A stretch of DNA of 64,000 nucleotides, taken from assembly GCA_020052415.1 (NCBI GenBank), contig JAGVPB010000004.1, positions 3,326-67,325 on the forward strand, given 5' to 3'. Shown one piece after another: positions 44,336 to 53,340 of the stretch (position 1 is the stretch's first letter; every line of letters starts with the position of its first letter). Origin of the DNA: Bacteroidales bacterium (lineage in GTDB: Bacteria; Bacteroidota; Bacteroidia; Bacteroidales; JAADJA01). The notes under the pieces are model-generated. The model made no database searches. It saw nothing but the letters and a program-made list of their open reading frames with translations, and was not told the DNA's origin. The translations under genes and the position numbers were made by a program.

Positions 44336-45427
44336 GTGAATCCGTTTCGCCTCATACTATTGTTTCCTTTCGGGGCTCTCTATGGAATTGTAACATGGAT
44401 CAGAAATAAATTTTTCGATTGGGGAATTTTTTCTTCCCTTCCATTCGATTTTCCGGTTATTTCAGTTGGGAACCTTACTACCGGCGGAACCGGAAAAACA
44501 CCTCATGTTGAATACCTGGTCCGGTTACTAAAAGATAATTACAAAGTTGCAATACTAAGCCGCGGATATAAAAGAAAAACGAAAGGATTTTTAATAGCCG
44601 GCGACACTACTAGCGCTGGTGAGATCGGTGATGAGCCCAGGCAGTTCAAATCAAAATTTTCCGACATTACAGTCGCTGTTGATGAAAAAAGGGTAAGGGG
44701 TATTAAAGAACTCCGGCGACAGTTACCGGAAACAGATTTGATCCTTCTCGATGATGCATTTCAACACCGTTGGGTAAAACCCGGATTATCCATATTACTC
44801 ACCGATTATCACAAGCTTTACTCAAATGACTGGCCGTTGCCGGCAGGTTCACTTAGAGAATTCAGGAGAGGGGCAGAAAGGGCTGATATAATAATAGTAA
44901 CAAAAAATTCAAAAATCCTTTCTCCAATTACCCGTAGGGAAATAACAGCAAGACTCAGGCCCGCAACTCACCAATCGCTGTATTTTTCTTATGTGGAACA
45001 CGGCCATTTTAAAAAAATACCCGGAATTGATTGTGTCATTATTAACAAGGCCCGGTTTAATACCATCCTGTTGGTAGCCGGTATTGCGAATCCTTATCCG
45101 CTTGAGTTTCATTTAAAAAGTTATTGTGACGAATTTGAAACACTTCATTTTCCGGATCATCATTATTACACTTCAGAAAATGTGGTTCAGATCATTGAAA
45201 AATTTGATAATATTGTCACGCGAAATAAAATCATTGTAACAACTGAAAAAGACAGTATGCGGTTAAGCAAACCGGAATTCATTAAATTATTAAAAGGGTA
45301 TCCGATATGCTATGTGCCAATTGAAGTTGTATTTTACAAAGAAGATAAATCAGCATTTGAAAAACAGATTTTAGAATATGTTAGAAAAAATTCAGGAAAC
45401 AACAAGCTATATCAGGAACAAAATTGA
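44336..45427 (+). CDS. lpxK: Tetraacyldisaccharide 4'-kinase
   Basis: 363 aa; GTG start; P-loop GNLTTGGTGKTP; ILSRGY; LLDDAFQH. Confidence 0.88.
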   Translation: MNPFRLILLFPFGALYGIVTWIRNKFFDWGIFSSLPFDFPVISVGNLTTGGTGKTPHVEYLVRLLKDNYKVAILSRGYKRKTKGFLIAGDTTSAGEIGDEPRQFKSKFSDITVAVDEKRVRGIKELRRQLPETDLILLDDAFQHRWVKPGLSILLTDYHKLYSNDWPLPAGSLREFRRGAERADIIIVTKNSKILSPITRREITARLRPATHQSLYFSYVEHGHFKKIPGIDCVIINKARFNTILLVAGIANPYPLEFHLKSYCDEFETLHFPDHHYYTSENVVQIIEKFDNIVTRNKIIVTTEKDSMRLSKPEFIKLLKGYPICYVPIEVVFYKEDKSAFEKQILEYVRKNSGNNKLYQEQN

Positions 45428-46205
45428 TTTTGAGCCAGAATTCGGGATTGTACTTGGAACCGGTCTGGGAGGGCTTGTGAATGAAATCGAGGTGGTGAGT
45501 ACATTGCTTTACAGGGATATTCCAAATTTCCCGGTATCCACCGTCAAGGGCCATGAAGGGCATTTGATTTTTGGGAAACTCGGAGGCAGAAATGTGATGG
45601 CGATGCAGGGCCGGTTTCATTATTACGAAGGTTATTCAATGCAGGAGATTTCTTTTCCGATCAGGGTAATGAAATACCTTGGCATTAAGCTATTGATCCT
45701 TTCGAACGCTGCCGGCGGCGTGAATCCTGAGTACCAGATCGGCGACCTGATGATCATACGCGATCACATCAACCTGATGGGAAGCAATCCCCTGATCGGG
45801 AAAAACGATACTGGCCTGGGCCCTCGATTTCCTGACATGAGCGATGCTTATGACAAAAACATTATCCGTCACGCTACTAAAATTGCGCGGAATCATAGCA
45901 TTCATTTCCAGGTGGGTGTTTATGCTGCCGTTACCGGACCTACTTTTGAAACTCCGTCTGAATATAAATATATTCGCATCCTTGGGGCGGACGCTGTAGG
46001 AATGTCAACAGTTCCCGAAACTATTGTAGCGCGTCACATGTCATTGCCTGTGTTTGCTGTTTCCGTTATCTCCGATTTGGGTGTTGAGGGTAAAATAGTA
46101 GAAATATCACACGATGATGTCATTGACGCGGCCAGTTTGGTTGAACCTAAAATGACCATTGTGATCAAAGAAATGATAGAAAAAATGGAGCCACTGCAGG
46201 TATAA
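45378..46205 (+). CDS. Purine nucleoside phosphorylase (trimeric PNP-I type)
   Basis: 275 aa; GHEGHLIFG, GRFHYYEGY and VGMSTVPE motifs. The N-terminus MLEKIQETTSYIRNKI is typical, so the 50-nt overlap with lpxK looks real. Confidence 0.9.
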   Translation: MLEKIQETTSYIRNKIDFEPEFGIVLGTGLGGLVNEIEVVSTLLYRDIPNFPVSTVKGHEGHLIFGKLGGRNVMAMQGRFHYYEGYSMQEISFPIRVMKYLGIKLLILSNAAGGVNPEYQIGDLMIIRDHINLMGSNPLIGKNDTGLGPRFPDMSDAYDKNIIRHATKIARNHSIHFQVGVYAAVTGPTFETPSEYKYIRILGADAVGMSTVPETIVARHMSLPVFAVSVISDLGVEGKIVEISHDDVIDAASLVEPKMTIVIKEMIEKMEPLQV

Positions 46206-46256
46206 CTGAATTCCTTAAGGTATAGCGGAGATATTAAGTTTTATCAGATACCCAAA

Positions 46257-46721
46257 CTATTCTTCAAATACTTTTTCTGCAGTTTCGTCGGCCCATTGCA
46301 CTATGAGATCCCGGTCCTCTTTCTTAAGATTAGCTTCAGAGTGCATGAGAATATAAATCTTCAGAGGCATTTCTTCCTCACCAACCATTTCTGAAATTTC
46401 ATCGAGGGTCTTTAACTTATCCTTTTTGGAGAGTTCACCCCATTTACTAAAATCGAGATTCTTACGCCCGTTATTTACATCCTTTGCAACCAGCCATGAA
46501 ACCGGCGCTACATACGAATACCATGGGAATCTTGTATTTTGCGAATGACAATCAAAACAGGCTTGCCGGATTAAATTCCCGACTTCTTCCGGGACTTCGG
46601 TAACTGAAGCTATATCCTTACCCGTCACAGGTTTGTTTTGTGGCCTGCCTGACGGAAAAAACTGAATAATGACAAACAGACCGGCTACAGCGATCAGCGC
46701 ATTCATAATCCATTTTCTCAT
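46257..46721 (-). CDS. Haem-binding-domain protein (Haem_bd-like)
   Basis: 154 aa; N-terminal TM; CFDCHSQNTRFPWYSYVAPVSWLVAKDVNNGRKNLDFSKW matches the CxxCH-containing haem-binding domain pattern. Confidence 0.65.
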   Translation of the reverse strand: MRKWIMNALIAVAGLFVIIQFFPSGRPQNKPVTGKDIASVTEVPEEVGNLIRQACFDCHSQNTRFPWYSYVAPVSWLVAKDVNNGRKNLDFSKWGELSKKDKLKTLDEISEMVGEEEMPLKIYILMHSEANLKKEDRDLIVQWADETAEKVFEE

Positions 46722-46725
46722 GCTT

Positions 46726-47142
46726 CTATTTTTTCAAAAGTAAATCTGAAGTTGCAACCGCCCATTCCCTCAAAGCTTTTGCTTCTTCAGGGGTCAGAGC
46801 TTTGTCAGGAAATTTTGCAAGGAATTTTTCGGGTGGCATTTCGTTCTTCTCCACCATCTCGTTTATTTTATCCAGCTTGGATACCATTTTTACTTTTGAA
46901 AGGCCAGGCAGTTTATCAATTAAGAACTTCTCTTTTGCCTTATCATTTTTCGATTCTGTATTGTGGCATCCAAAACATGATTTATCGAATATGTTATTAA
47001 TGTTCTCCGGAATAACCAGGTTATCGTCCGGAGGTGGAGTATTGGAGGTTCCTGAACCGAAATAACTGAAAGCCGTCAACAAAATAAAAATTGCACTTAG
47101 GGCAGGAAGCCAGATTACAAATACTTTTTTACTCTTTTTCAT
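46726..47142 (-). CDS. Haem-binding/cytochrome c-like small protein (paralogue of the neighbour)
   Basis: 138 aa; N-terminal TM; CFGCHN motif; shares EMPPEKF / EEMPLKI and LREWA / IVQWA segments with 46257-46721. Confidence 0.55.
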   Translation of the reverse strand: MKKSKKVFVIWLPALSAIFILLTAFSYFGSGTSNTPPPDDNLVIPENINNIFDKSCFGCHNTESKNDKAKEKFLIDKLPGLSKVKMVSKLDKINEMVEKNEMPPEKFLAKFPDKALTPEEAKALREWAVATSDLLLKK

Positions 47143-47296
47143 AACAGTTGATTAATTTTTATTATTGTGAATTTTTTTACTACAAAAGTTAAACACAAGA
47201 AAATCAAAAAAGTTTAAAACTGTAATTATTATTTATGGCATATTAATCAGGAACTGTAACCATTCCAGGCGGGAATTCCAACCCTTCATCTCGGAA

Positions 47297-47794
47297 CTAA
47301 TCCGTAAAATCAAGGATCTTGACCCGCCATTTTTTATTATCTGTTTTATGTTTTCGGCTTGTTAAAGGAGTTACTACAATAGCCGCCGCTATGAGGCTAC
47401 CACTTATAATCAGCGTCTCCGTTGGGACAACAGGCTCATCGTTATTGATAACACCATTTATTGTACTGATCAGTAAATAGGGAATCCCTGCGGTAATAAA
47501 TAATTTCTGCAGGAAATTAAAGCCCCACCTTTTCCTGATAATTGTGCTAATATTCTTCAGTGTCACTTCATTCACCCGATCAATAGTAATACTGCTATCA
47601 TTAATTAAACTTATAAAACCATGTATCGTCGTGTCGGGTTTGCTGGTGCTTAATTTAATCCAATCATTAACTTCATATTTAAAGTATTTAATTGTTCCTG
47701 GCCTTTCAAGAATCAATATGTTCTGAGTCTGTGAATCAGATATATTCAATAAAAAACAAAGAAGTACTAAAATTACTGACGGATTAAACTTCAT
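47297..47794 (-). CDS. Hypothetical secreted/membrane protein
   Basis: 165 aa; signal peptide; two C-terminal hydrophobic helices; no family recognised. Confidence 0.45.
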   Translation of the reverse strand: MKFNPSVILVLLCFLLNISDSQTQNILILERPGTIKYFKYEVNDWIKLSTSKPDTTIHGFISLINDSSITIDRVNEVTLKNISTIIRKRWGFNFLQKLFITAGIPYLLISTINGVINNDEPVVPTETLIISGSLIAAAIVVTPLTSRKHKTDNKKWRVKILDFTD

Positions 47795-47898
47795 CGGCTC
47801 AAATTTCAGCCCGAAAATAATTAAAATAACGATTCACATCGGAAAGGCGCAACATTTTAATGCTTAAAATTATAGGGCCGGTTAAGCGTTTCATTTTC

Positions 47899-47906
47899 TA
47901 TTTTTG
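47899..47906 (+). promoter_or_regulatory. Bacteroidetes-type -7 promoter box
   Basis: TATTTTTG matches TAnnTTTG; 17 nt upstream of ATG 47924. Confidence 0.5.
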
Positions 47907-47923
47907 TACACAATTCATTATAA

Positions 47924-49087
47924 ATGTTGAGCAGACGGTTTTTTAGTTTTTTGTTTTTCTCAATTCTTACTTCCTGTACTTCACAAAAACAGGAATCCAT
48001 GGTTATCTCCGGTAAGTTACCTGAATTATCAGGCGTATGGTTATACCTTGAAGAATTAGATGTAAAAAATATGACCCTTCTCGATTCCATAAAAATAAAG
48101 AGTGATGGCAATTTTAAATTCGGGCTAAAAGTTGAGGATGCCGGATTTTATATTCTGAGAACTACTAAGGAAAACTATTTGCTACTATTACTTGAAAAAG
48201 GTGAAAAGGCTGAAATATTTTCAAAGGATTCACTTTTTAATACCGGCTGTGAAGTGAGAGACTCTCCGGGATCAATGTTATTAAAGGATTTCGAGATATT
48301 TATTGCCGGACAAAAGACCCGGATTGATTCATTGGCTGAAGCCTTTTATCAAAGCAAGGATTCCATAAACTTCCTGGAAAAAAAACTTGAACTTGATTCA
48401 ATCTACAACCTGATCTTTGAGAATCAAAGAAATTATGTAATGAACTTTATCAATAACAATCCCGGATCCCTCGCTTCACTTATTGTCCTTAACCGTAAAC
48501 TCGGGAATAACACCGTGTTGGATGAAGAAAAAGATTTTATCTTTTTCCACCGGACCGACAGTGGATTAATGATCACACATCCGGAAAATAAACACACTAT
48601 TGATCATGACAACAGGGTTAAAGAAATCAGGGGCAGGATATTTGACCGTTTTACCGCCGGTGAAAAATTAAAACCCGGAGAAAAAGCCCCTAATATTGTG
48701 ATTCGCGATTCAAGTGATAAAATGCTCTCCCTTAAAAGCCTCACGGGCCAAAAAGTTTTGATCTGTTTCTGGGCAGGATGGAGCGCCAAATCAAGAAAAG
48801 AAAACCGTAAGGTGGTTGATCTTTATCCGGAATTAAAGAGGAAAAACATTGTGCTGTTTGGAGTTTCTCTTGATGAGAACATTGTTGTGTGGAAAGGCGC
48901 CCTCAAACTCGATAAACTTCCGGGAATACAAGGCAGTGACATGAAGGGATTGAATTCGGAAGTTATGAAAAACTATAATTTGCCGGACGATATTAGTTTT
49001 TACTACATCGTTGACGAGAACCAGAAAATAATATTCAAAAGCAAAGATTTTAATGAAATGACGTCATTCATTGAAAATTTGATATAA
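47924..49087 (+). CDS. TlpA/AhpC-like thioredoxin-fold lipoprotein with the CxxC replaced by SxxS
   Basis: 387 aa; lipobox ILTSC; DUF4369-like N-terminal region. The C-terminal thioredoxin fold reads GEKAPNIVIRDSSDKMLSLKSLTGQKVLICFWAGWSAKSRKE, where relatives have FWASWCGPCR. Confidence 0.75.
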   Translation: MLSRRFFSFLFFSILTSCTSQKQESMVISGKLPELSGVWLYLEELDVKNMTLLDSIKIKSDGNFKFGLKVEDAGFYILRTTKENYLLLLLEKGEKAEIFSKDSLFNTGCEVRDSPGSMLLKDFEIFIAGQKTRIDSLAEAFYQSKDSINFLEKKLELDSIYNLIFENQRNYVMNFINNNPGSLASLIVLNRKLGNNTVLDEEKDFIFFHRTDSGLMITHPENKHTIDHDNRVKEIRGRIFDRFTAGEKLKPGEKAPNIVIRDSSDKMLSLKSLTGQKVLICFWAGWSAKSRKENRKVVDLYPELKRKNIVLFGVSLDENIVVWKGALKLDKLPGIQGSDMKGLNSEVMKNYNLPDDISFYYIVDENQKIIFKSKDFNEMTSFIENLI

Positions 49088-49129
49088 TTGCAACTGTTAA
49101 TGTTTTCAAAACAAATTAAAAGCATTTAT

Positions 49130-49137
49130 TACTTTTG
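49130..49137 (+). promoter_or_regulatory. Bacteroidetes-type -7 promoter box upstream of lpxH
   Basis: TACTTTTG matches TAnnTTTG; 48 nt upstream of TTG 49186. Confidence 0.4.
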
Positions 49138-49185
49138 GTATCTGAAGTATAACAATCCCGAGGGGTATAATTAAATATAACTGAT

Positions 49186-49944
49186 TTGAAACCTGGTAAC
49201 AAGATATATTTTATTTCCGATAGTCATTTCGGGGTTCCAACCCATGAGAAAAGTCTCGAAAGGGAACGACTTTTTATTTCCTGGTTGGATGAAGTAAAAA
49301 AGGATGCGGAGGAAATTTATATCATGGGCGACCTGTTCGAATTCTGGTTCGAATATAAAACCGTCATCCAGAAGGGCTACGTCAGGTTATTCGGAAAGCT
49401 GGCTGAAATAACCGATTCAGGAATCCCGGTTTATTTTTTTCGTGGGAACCATGACGTTTGGGCATTCGATTATCTTTCCAAAGAACTCAATTTTAAAATT
49501 TACCCCGACACACTTATCAGGGAAATCAACGGAAAAAAATTCTTCCTGGGACATGGTGATGGATTGGGCAAAGGTGACAACGGTTACAAATTCATTAAAA
49601 AAGTATTCCGAAACAGGGTAAATCAATGGTTGTTCCGGTGGCTGCATCCCGATATAGGCACCGCTTTGGGATTATTCTGGTCGAACCGCAGCCGGATCGC
49701 CAATGAAAACACCGGACTTGAAAAAGTGAACCAGGAAGGAATAGACCGTTTAAAATCATACTGTCTTAAAATTCTTACAAAAAACCCTGATATTGATTAT
49801 TTCATTTTCGGGCACATTCATAAACCCGTAGCTGAACAACTGAATGAAAAATCAACATACTTCAACATCGGCGACTGGATAAATTATTTTTCTTATCTCG
49901 TTTTCGACGGAAATAAAATTGAACATAAATATTTTGACAAATAA
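49186..49944 (+). CDS. lpxH: UDP-2,3-diacylglucosamine diphosphatase
   Basis: 252 aa; TTG start; metallophosphoesterase motifs FISDSHFG, GDLFEFWFEY, GNHD, GHGD, GHIH. Confidence 0.85.
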   Translation: MKPGNKIYFISDSHFGVPTHEKSLERERLFISWLDEVKKDAEEIYIMGDLFEFWFEYKTVIQKGYVRLFGKLAEITDSGIPVYFFRGNHDVWAFDYLSKELNFKIYPDTLIREINGKKFFLGHGDGLGKGDNGYKFIKKVFRNRVNQWLFRWLHPDIGTALGLFWSNRSRIANENTGLEKVNQEGIDRLKSYCLKILTKNPDIDYFIFGHIHKPVAEQLNEKSTYFNIGDWINYFSYLVFDGNKIEHKYFDK

Positions 49945-49954
49945 AATCTTCTTT

Positions 49955-52309
49955 ATGAAAGCCTGTCTTTTAATTATGATTTTCATCCTTTCGGGAATTA
50001 CAGGTTCGATGGCACAGAAAGCAGCTCAAATTGAACCCGCCGGTAAATTTTGGATCAGCGATACGCTCGATGCTCTTACATACACTATTTATATCACTGA
50101 ATTTGATTTCACAAATCATGAAATTACTGCTCATGCGGATATTGAAATAACAACAAAAGTGAATGGCGTTACAGAAGTGACATTGGAATTAATGGAGCTC
50201 ACTGTTGATGATGTATCGGTGGATGGAACTGCTGTTACAAATTTTCAGCACACCGGGGGTATCATATCAATTCCTCTGGCTAACCCGATAAATACATCCG
50301 ACACCATTCTTGTAAGTGTTGTTTATCATGGCGAACCCTTTCATGAGGAATGGGGTGGATTTCACTGGTCGGGGAATTACTGTTTCAATCTCGGGGTAGG
50401 CTTTGTTTCCATACCTCACAATCTTGGCAAGACCTGGTTTCCCTGCATAGATGATTTCCACGACCGTGCATATTATACCATTTTTGCCACTGTTGATGAA
50501 GGCAAGGATGCAGTATGCGGCGGAATCCTCGAAGAAATCATTAACAATGGGAACGGAACCCTGACCTATAAATGGACGATGGATCAGTCGGTTCCTACTT
50601 ATCTCGCTTCGGTTGCAGTTGGTGATTATGCAAGGTGGACGGGAATATACAACGGGATAAATGAAGATATTCCGATTGAAATCTGGGTTATGCCTCAGGA
50701 TTCGAATAAGGTTGATGCATCTTTCATTCATCTGAATGATATTCTGGCAATTTTCGAACAGAGCTTTGGTCCTTATCGCTGGGACAGGATCGGTTATGTC
50801 GGGACTGCAATTGGAGCTATGGAACATGCCACCAGTGTTGCCTATCCGCATTTTGCGATAAACGGCAACCTTCAGTACGAATCGCTTTATGCGCATGAAC
50901 TCTCACACATGTGGTTTGGGGATAATGTGACATGTGCAAGCGCTGAGGACATGTGGCTTAACGAGGGATGGGCTGTCTTTTGTGATGCCCTTTTTCAGGA
51001 AGTACTTTACGGTGAAGAACAATACAAGGAATTTATACGTGCAAAACACAAACAGATCATCCAATACTGTCATACATCAAGCGGTGACGGGAGTTATTTC
51101 CCTCTGAACCAGATTCCTCAGGAATACACTTACGCAATGACCGCCTACGACAGGGGTGCAACAATTGCCTACACCTTGCGCGGCTACCTTGGCGACGAAG
51201 TGTTTTTCGATGCGATGGCCGGTTACAATGAATTTTTCCAGCATAATTTTGCTTCCTCCGAAGACATGCGCGATTTTATTACCAATCATACGGGTATAGA
51301 TATGACCGGCTGGTTCGATAACTGGGTTTTTCATTCGGGTACTCCACAATTTTCGGTTGACTCTTTTAATGTTTTTCCAACAGTAAATGGGGCAGATGTA
51401 ACGGTTTATATGCGTCAGAAAAGACACGGGCCTTATTTTATCGGCAATTCAAATAAAATGGAGCTGACATTTATGGATGAAAACTGGAATCAATATACAG
51501 AAACGATGACTTTTGATGGTTCTGCAGGAAGCTCGGTTTTTAATGTTCCCTTTGAACCGCAAGCCGTCTATGTTGATCTCGAAGAAAAAATGTGCGATGC
51601 AACTACCGATTATGCTGAAACTATAACTCAGACCGGATTATACAACTATGGCAATTCATTTTTTAAACTCGATGTTCAGGAGTTGACCGATTCAGTTTTT
51701 ATAAGGATCGAGCATCATTGGGCGCCGCCGGATACTTTAAAAAATCCGGTTCAGGGATTGAAAATCTCACCATACAGGTACTGGAAATTCGATGTCATTA
51801 TACAGGAAGATTTTAATGCAACCGGAGTTTTTATGTATAACAAAAGCGCTTTTCTCGATGATAGCCTGATTCTAAGTCAAAATGATTCAATAGTCATTCT
51901 TTACCGTCCCGGACCTGCTTTCGACTGGCAATTGGTTGATTTTACACAAGTCGGTATTTGGTCTATCGGAAATCTATATGTTGAAAATCTCCAAAAAGGT
52001 GAATATACAATGGCGGTTTGCGATGATACTTTTGTTGGAATAAAATCCGGGCCGGCAAAAAAAAATAGAGGTTTTATAATTTATCCCAATCCTTCAAACG
52101 GTAATTTCAATTTCGGCACCAATCAGCCCGGACTTATCCAGTTTTTTGATGTCAACGGCAACCTCCTGGATTCGATGAATGTTTCTGAAAATCAGCAAAA
52201 CAACTCCTGGATTGCAGGAGATTTGCCGGAAGGAACTTATTTTGCCAGGTTCAGATCAATTACTAACGAAATCATTGGTGAAGAAAAACTGGTCATTGTC
52301 AAAGATTAA
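49955..52309 (+). CDS. M1-family zinc aminopeptidase with T9SS type-A CTD
   Basis: About 784 aa from ATG 49955. HELSHMWFG followed 18 aa later by WLNEGWA (HEXXH-18-E). GAMEH exopeptidase motif. C-terminal FIIYPNPSNGNF...GTYFARFRS...EKLVIVKD. Confidence 0.88.
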   Translation: MKACLLIMIFILSGITGSMAQKAAQIEPAGKFWISDTLDALTYTIYITEFDFTNHEITAHADIEITTKVNGVTEVTLELMELTVDDVSVDGTAVTNFQHTGGIISIPLANPINTSDTILVSVVYHGEPFHEEWGGFHWSGNYCFNLGVGFVSIPHNLGKTWFPCIDDFHDRAYYTIFATVDEGKDAVCGGILEEIINNGNGTLTYKWTMDQSVPTYLASVAVGDYARWTGIYNGINEDIPIEIWVMPQDSNKVDASFIHLNDILAIFEQSFGPYRWDRIGYVGTAIGAMEHATSVAYPHFAINGNLQYESLYAHELSHMWFGDNVTCASAEDMWLNEGWAVFCDALFQEVLYGEEQYKEFIRAKHKQIIQYCHTSSGDGSYFPLNQIPQEYTYAMTAYDRGATIAYTLRGYLGDEVFFDAMAGYNEFFQHNFASSEDMRDFITNHTGIDMTGWFDNWVFHSGTPQFSVDSFNVFPTVNGADVTVYMRQKRHGPYFIGNSNKMELTFMDENWNQYTETMTFDGSAGSSVFNVPFEPQAVYVDLEEKMCDATTDYAETITQTGLYNYGNSFFKLDVQELTDSVFIRIEHHWAPPDTLKNPVQGLKISPYRYWKFDVIIQEDFNATGVFMYNKSAFLDDSLILSQNDSIVILYRPGPAFDWQLVDFTQVGIWSIGNLYVENLQKGEYTMAVCDDTFVGIKSGPAKKNRGFIIYPNPSNGNFNFGTNQPGLIQFFDVNGNLLDSMNVSENQQNNSWIAGDLPEGTYFARFRSITNEIIGEEKLVIVKD

Positions 52310-52325
52310 AACTTTATCTGCTTAT

Positions 52326-53012
52326 ATGCATCCTTATCTTAAACCTTTATCTGAATTATTTGCTGTCAATTCGAATGAAGAAATTGCCCGATACATGAAA
52401 CAATACATGAAAGGGCAATATGAATATTTCGGGATTAAATCGCCGGAACGCCGCGAATTGAAAAAAGAATTCCTTCACCGGTACGGCATGCCGGAGATTT
52501 CAGAATTGGGAACAATTACAAGGGAATGTTGGGAACTTCCGCAAAGGGAATATCAGTATTTTATTATGGAAGTGCTTGAAAAAATGGCTAAGAAAGCCGA
52601 TATGGACCGAATAAACCTATATGAACACATCCTTGTAAATAAATCATGGTGGGATACTGTGGATTTTATTTCAGCAGTGCTTGTGGGAATTCATTTTCAG
52701 AAATACCCTCAGCAAATCATACCCTATACCAAAAAATGGATGAAATCCGGGAATATATGGCTGCAAAGATCTTCCCTGCTGTTTCAGTTGAAATACAAAA
52801 AGAAAACCGACCTTGGCCTGTTGACAAAATATATTCAACAATTACAGGGATCTAAGGAATTTTTCATCAATAAGGCGATTGGCTGGATTTTGAGAGAATA
52901 CTCAAAAACCGATCCCGTCTGGGTGGTTAGTTATGTTCGCGATTTTCAGCTTGCACCATTAAGTCGCAGAGAGGCACTGAAATGGATGGAACGGAAAAAT
53001 GTTTATATTTGA
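52326..53012 (+). CDS. DNA alkylation repair protein (AlkD-like HEAT-repeat glycosylase family)
   Basis: About 228 aa from ATG 52326, the first ATG after the upstream gene's stop. KSWWDTVD, RSSLLFQL and NKAIGWILREYSK motifs. Confidence 0.75.
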   Translation: MHPYLKPLSELFAVNSNEEIARYMKQYMKGQYEYFGIKSPERRELKKEFLHRYGMPEISELGTITRECWELPQREYQYFIMEVLEKMAKKADMDRINLYEHILVNKSWWDTVDFISAVLVGIHFQKYPQQIIPYTKKWMKSGNIWLQRSSLLFQLKYKKKTDLGLLTKYIQQLQGSKEFFINKAIGWILREYSKTDPVWVVSYVRDFQLAPLSRREALKWMERKNVYI

Positions 53013-53340
53013 CATCATGAATTTCGCGGTGATGAATCAAAATGAAATATTGCGACTTTTAAAAATAGAAGTCCTTAATGCAGAGCCCCAAGCTAAAATA
53101 ATTTTATTCGGCTCACGGGCACGAGGTTCTGCGCGGGAGGACTCAGATTGGGATTTGTTGATCCTTGTTGATAAAAAACTTACGCATGAAATTGAGGATA
53201 AGATACTGGATGCCATTTATGATTTTTCCCTGAAAGCGGATGAATTATTCACTCCATTTATTTATTCCCAATCCGATTGGGACAAATACCGTTTATTACC
53301 ATTTTATAAAAATGTAGAATCTGAAGGGATTTTTTTATGA
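52999..53340 (+). CDS. Minimal nucleotidyltransferase (MNT, type VII/II antitoxin-like)
   Basis: LFGSRARGSAREDSDWDLLILVD (GS-x9-DxD). Possible starts at 52999, 53017 or 53032. The stop overlaps the HEPN start (ATGA). Confidence 0.8.
   Translation: MFIFDIMNFAVMNQNEILRLLKIEVLNAEPQAKIILFGSRARGSAREDSDWDLLILVDKKLTHEIEDKILDAIYDFSLKADELFTPFIYSQSDWDKYRLLPFYKNVESEGIFL

Noticed and set aside
52179-52325. The ORF-track start at 52179 for the AlkD-like gene, and similarly 49919 for the M1 peptidase, 27279 for the CotH gene and 57381 for the HMA gene
   Set aside because: The upstream extensions overlap the preceding gene or lack signal-peptide logic. In-frame ATGs at 52326, 49955, 27291 and 57411 give sensible N-termini (a signal peptide or a family-typical start).
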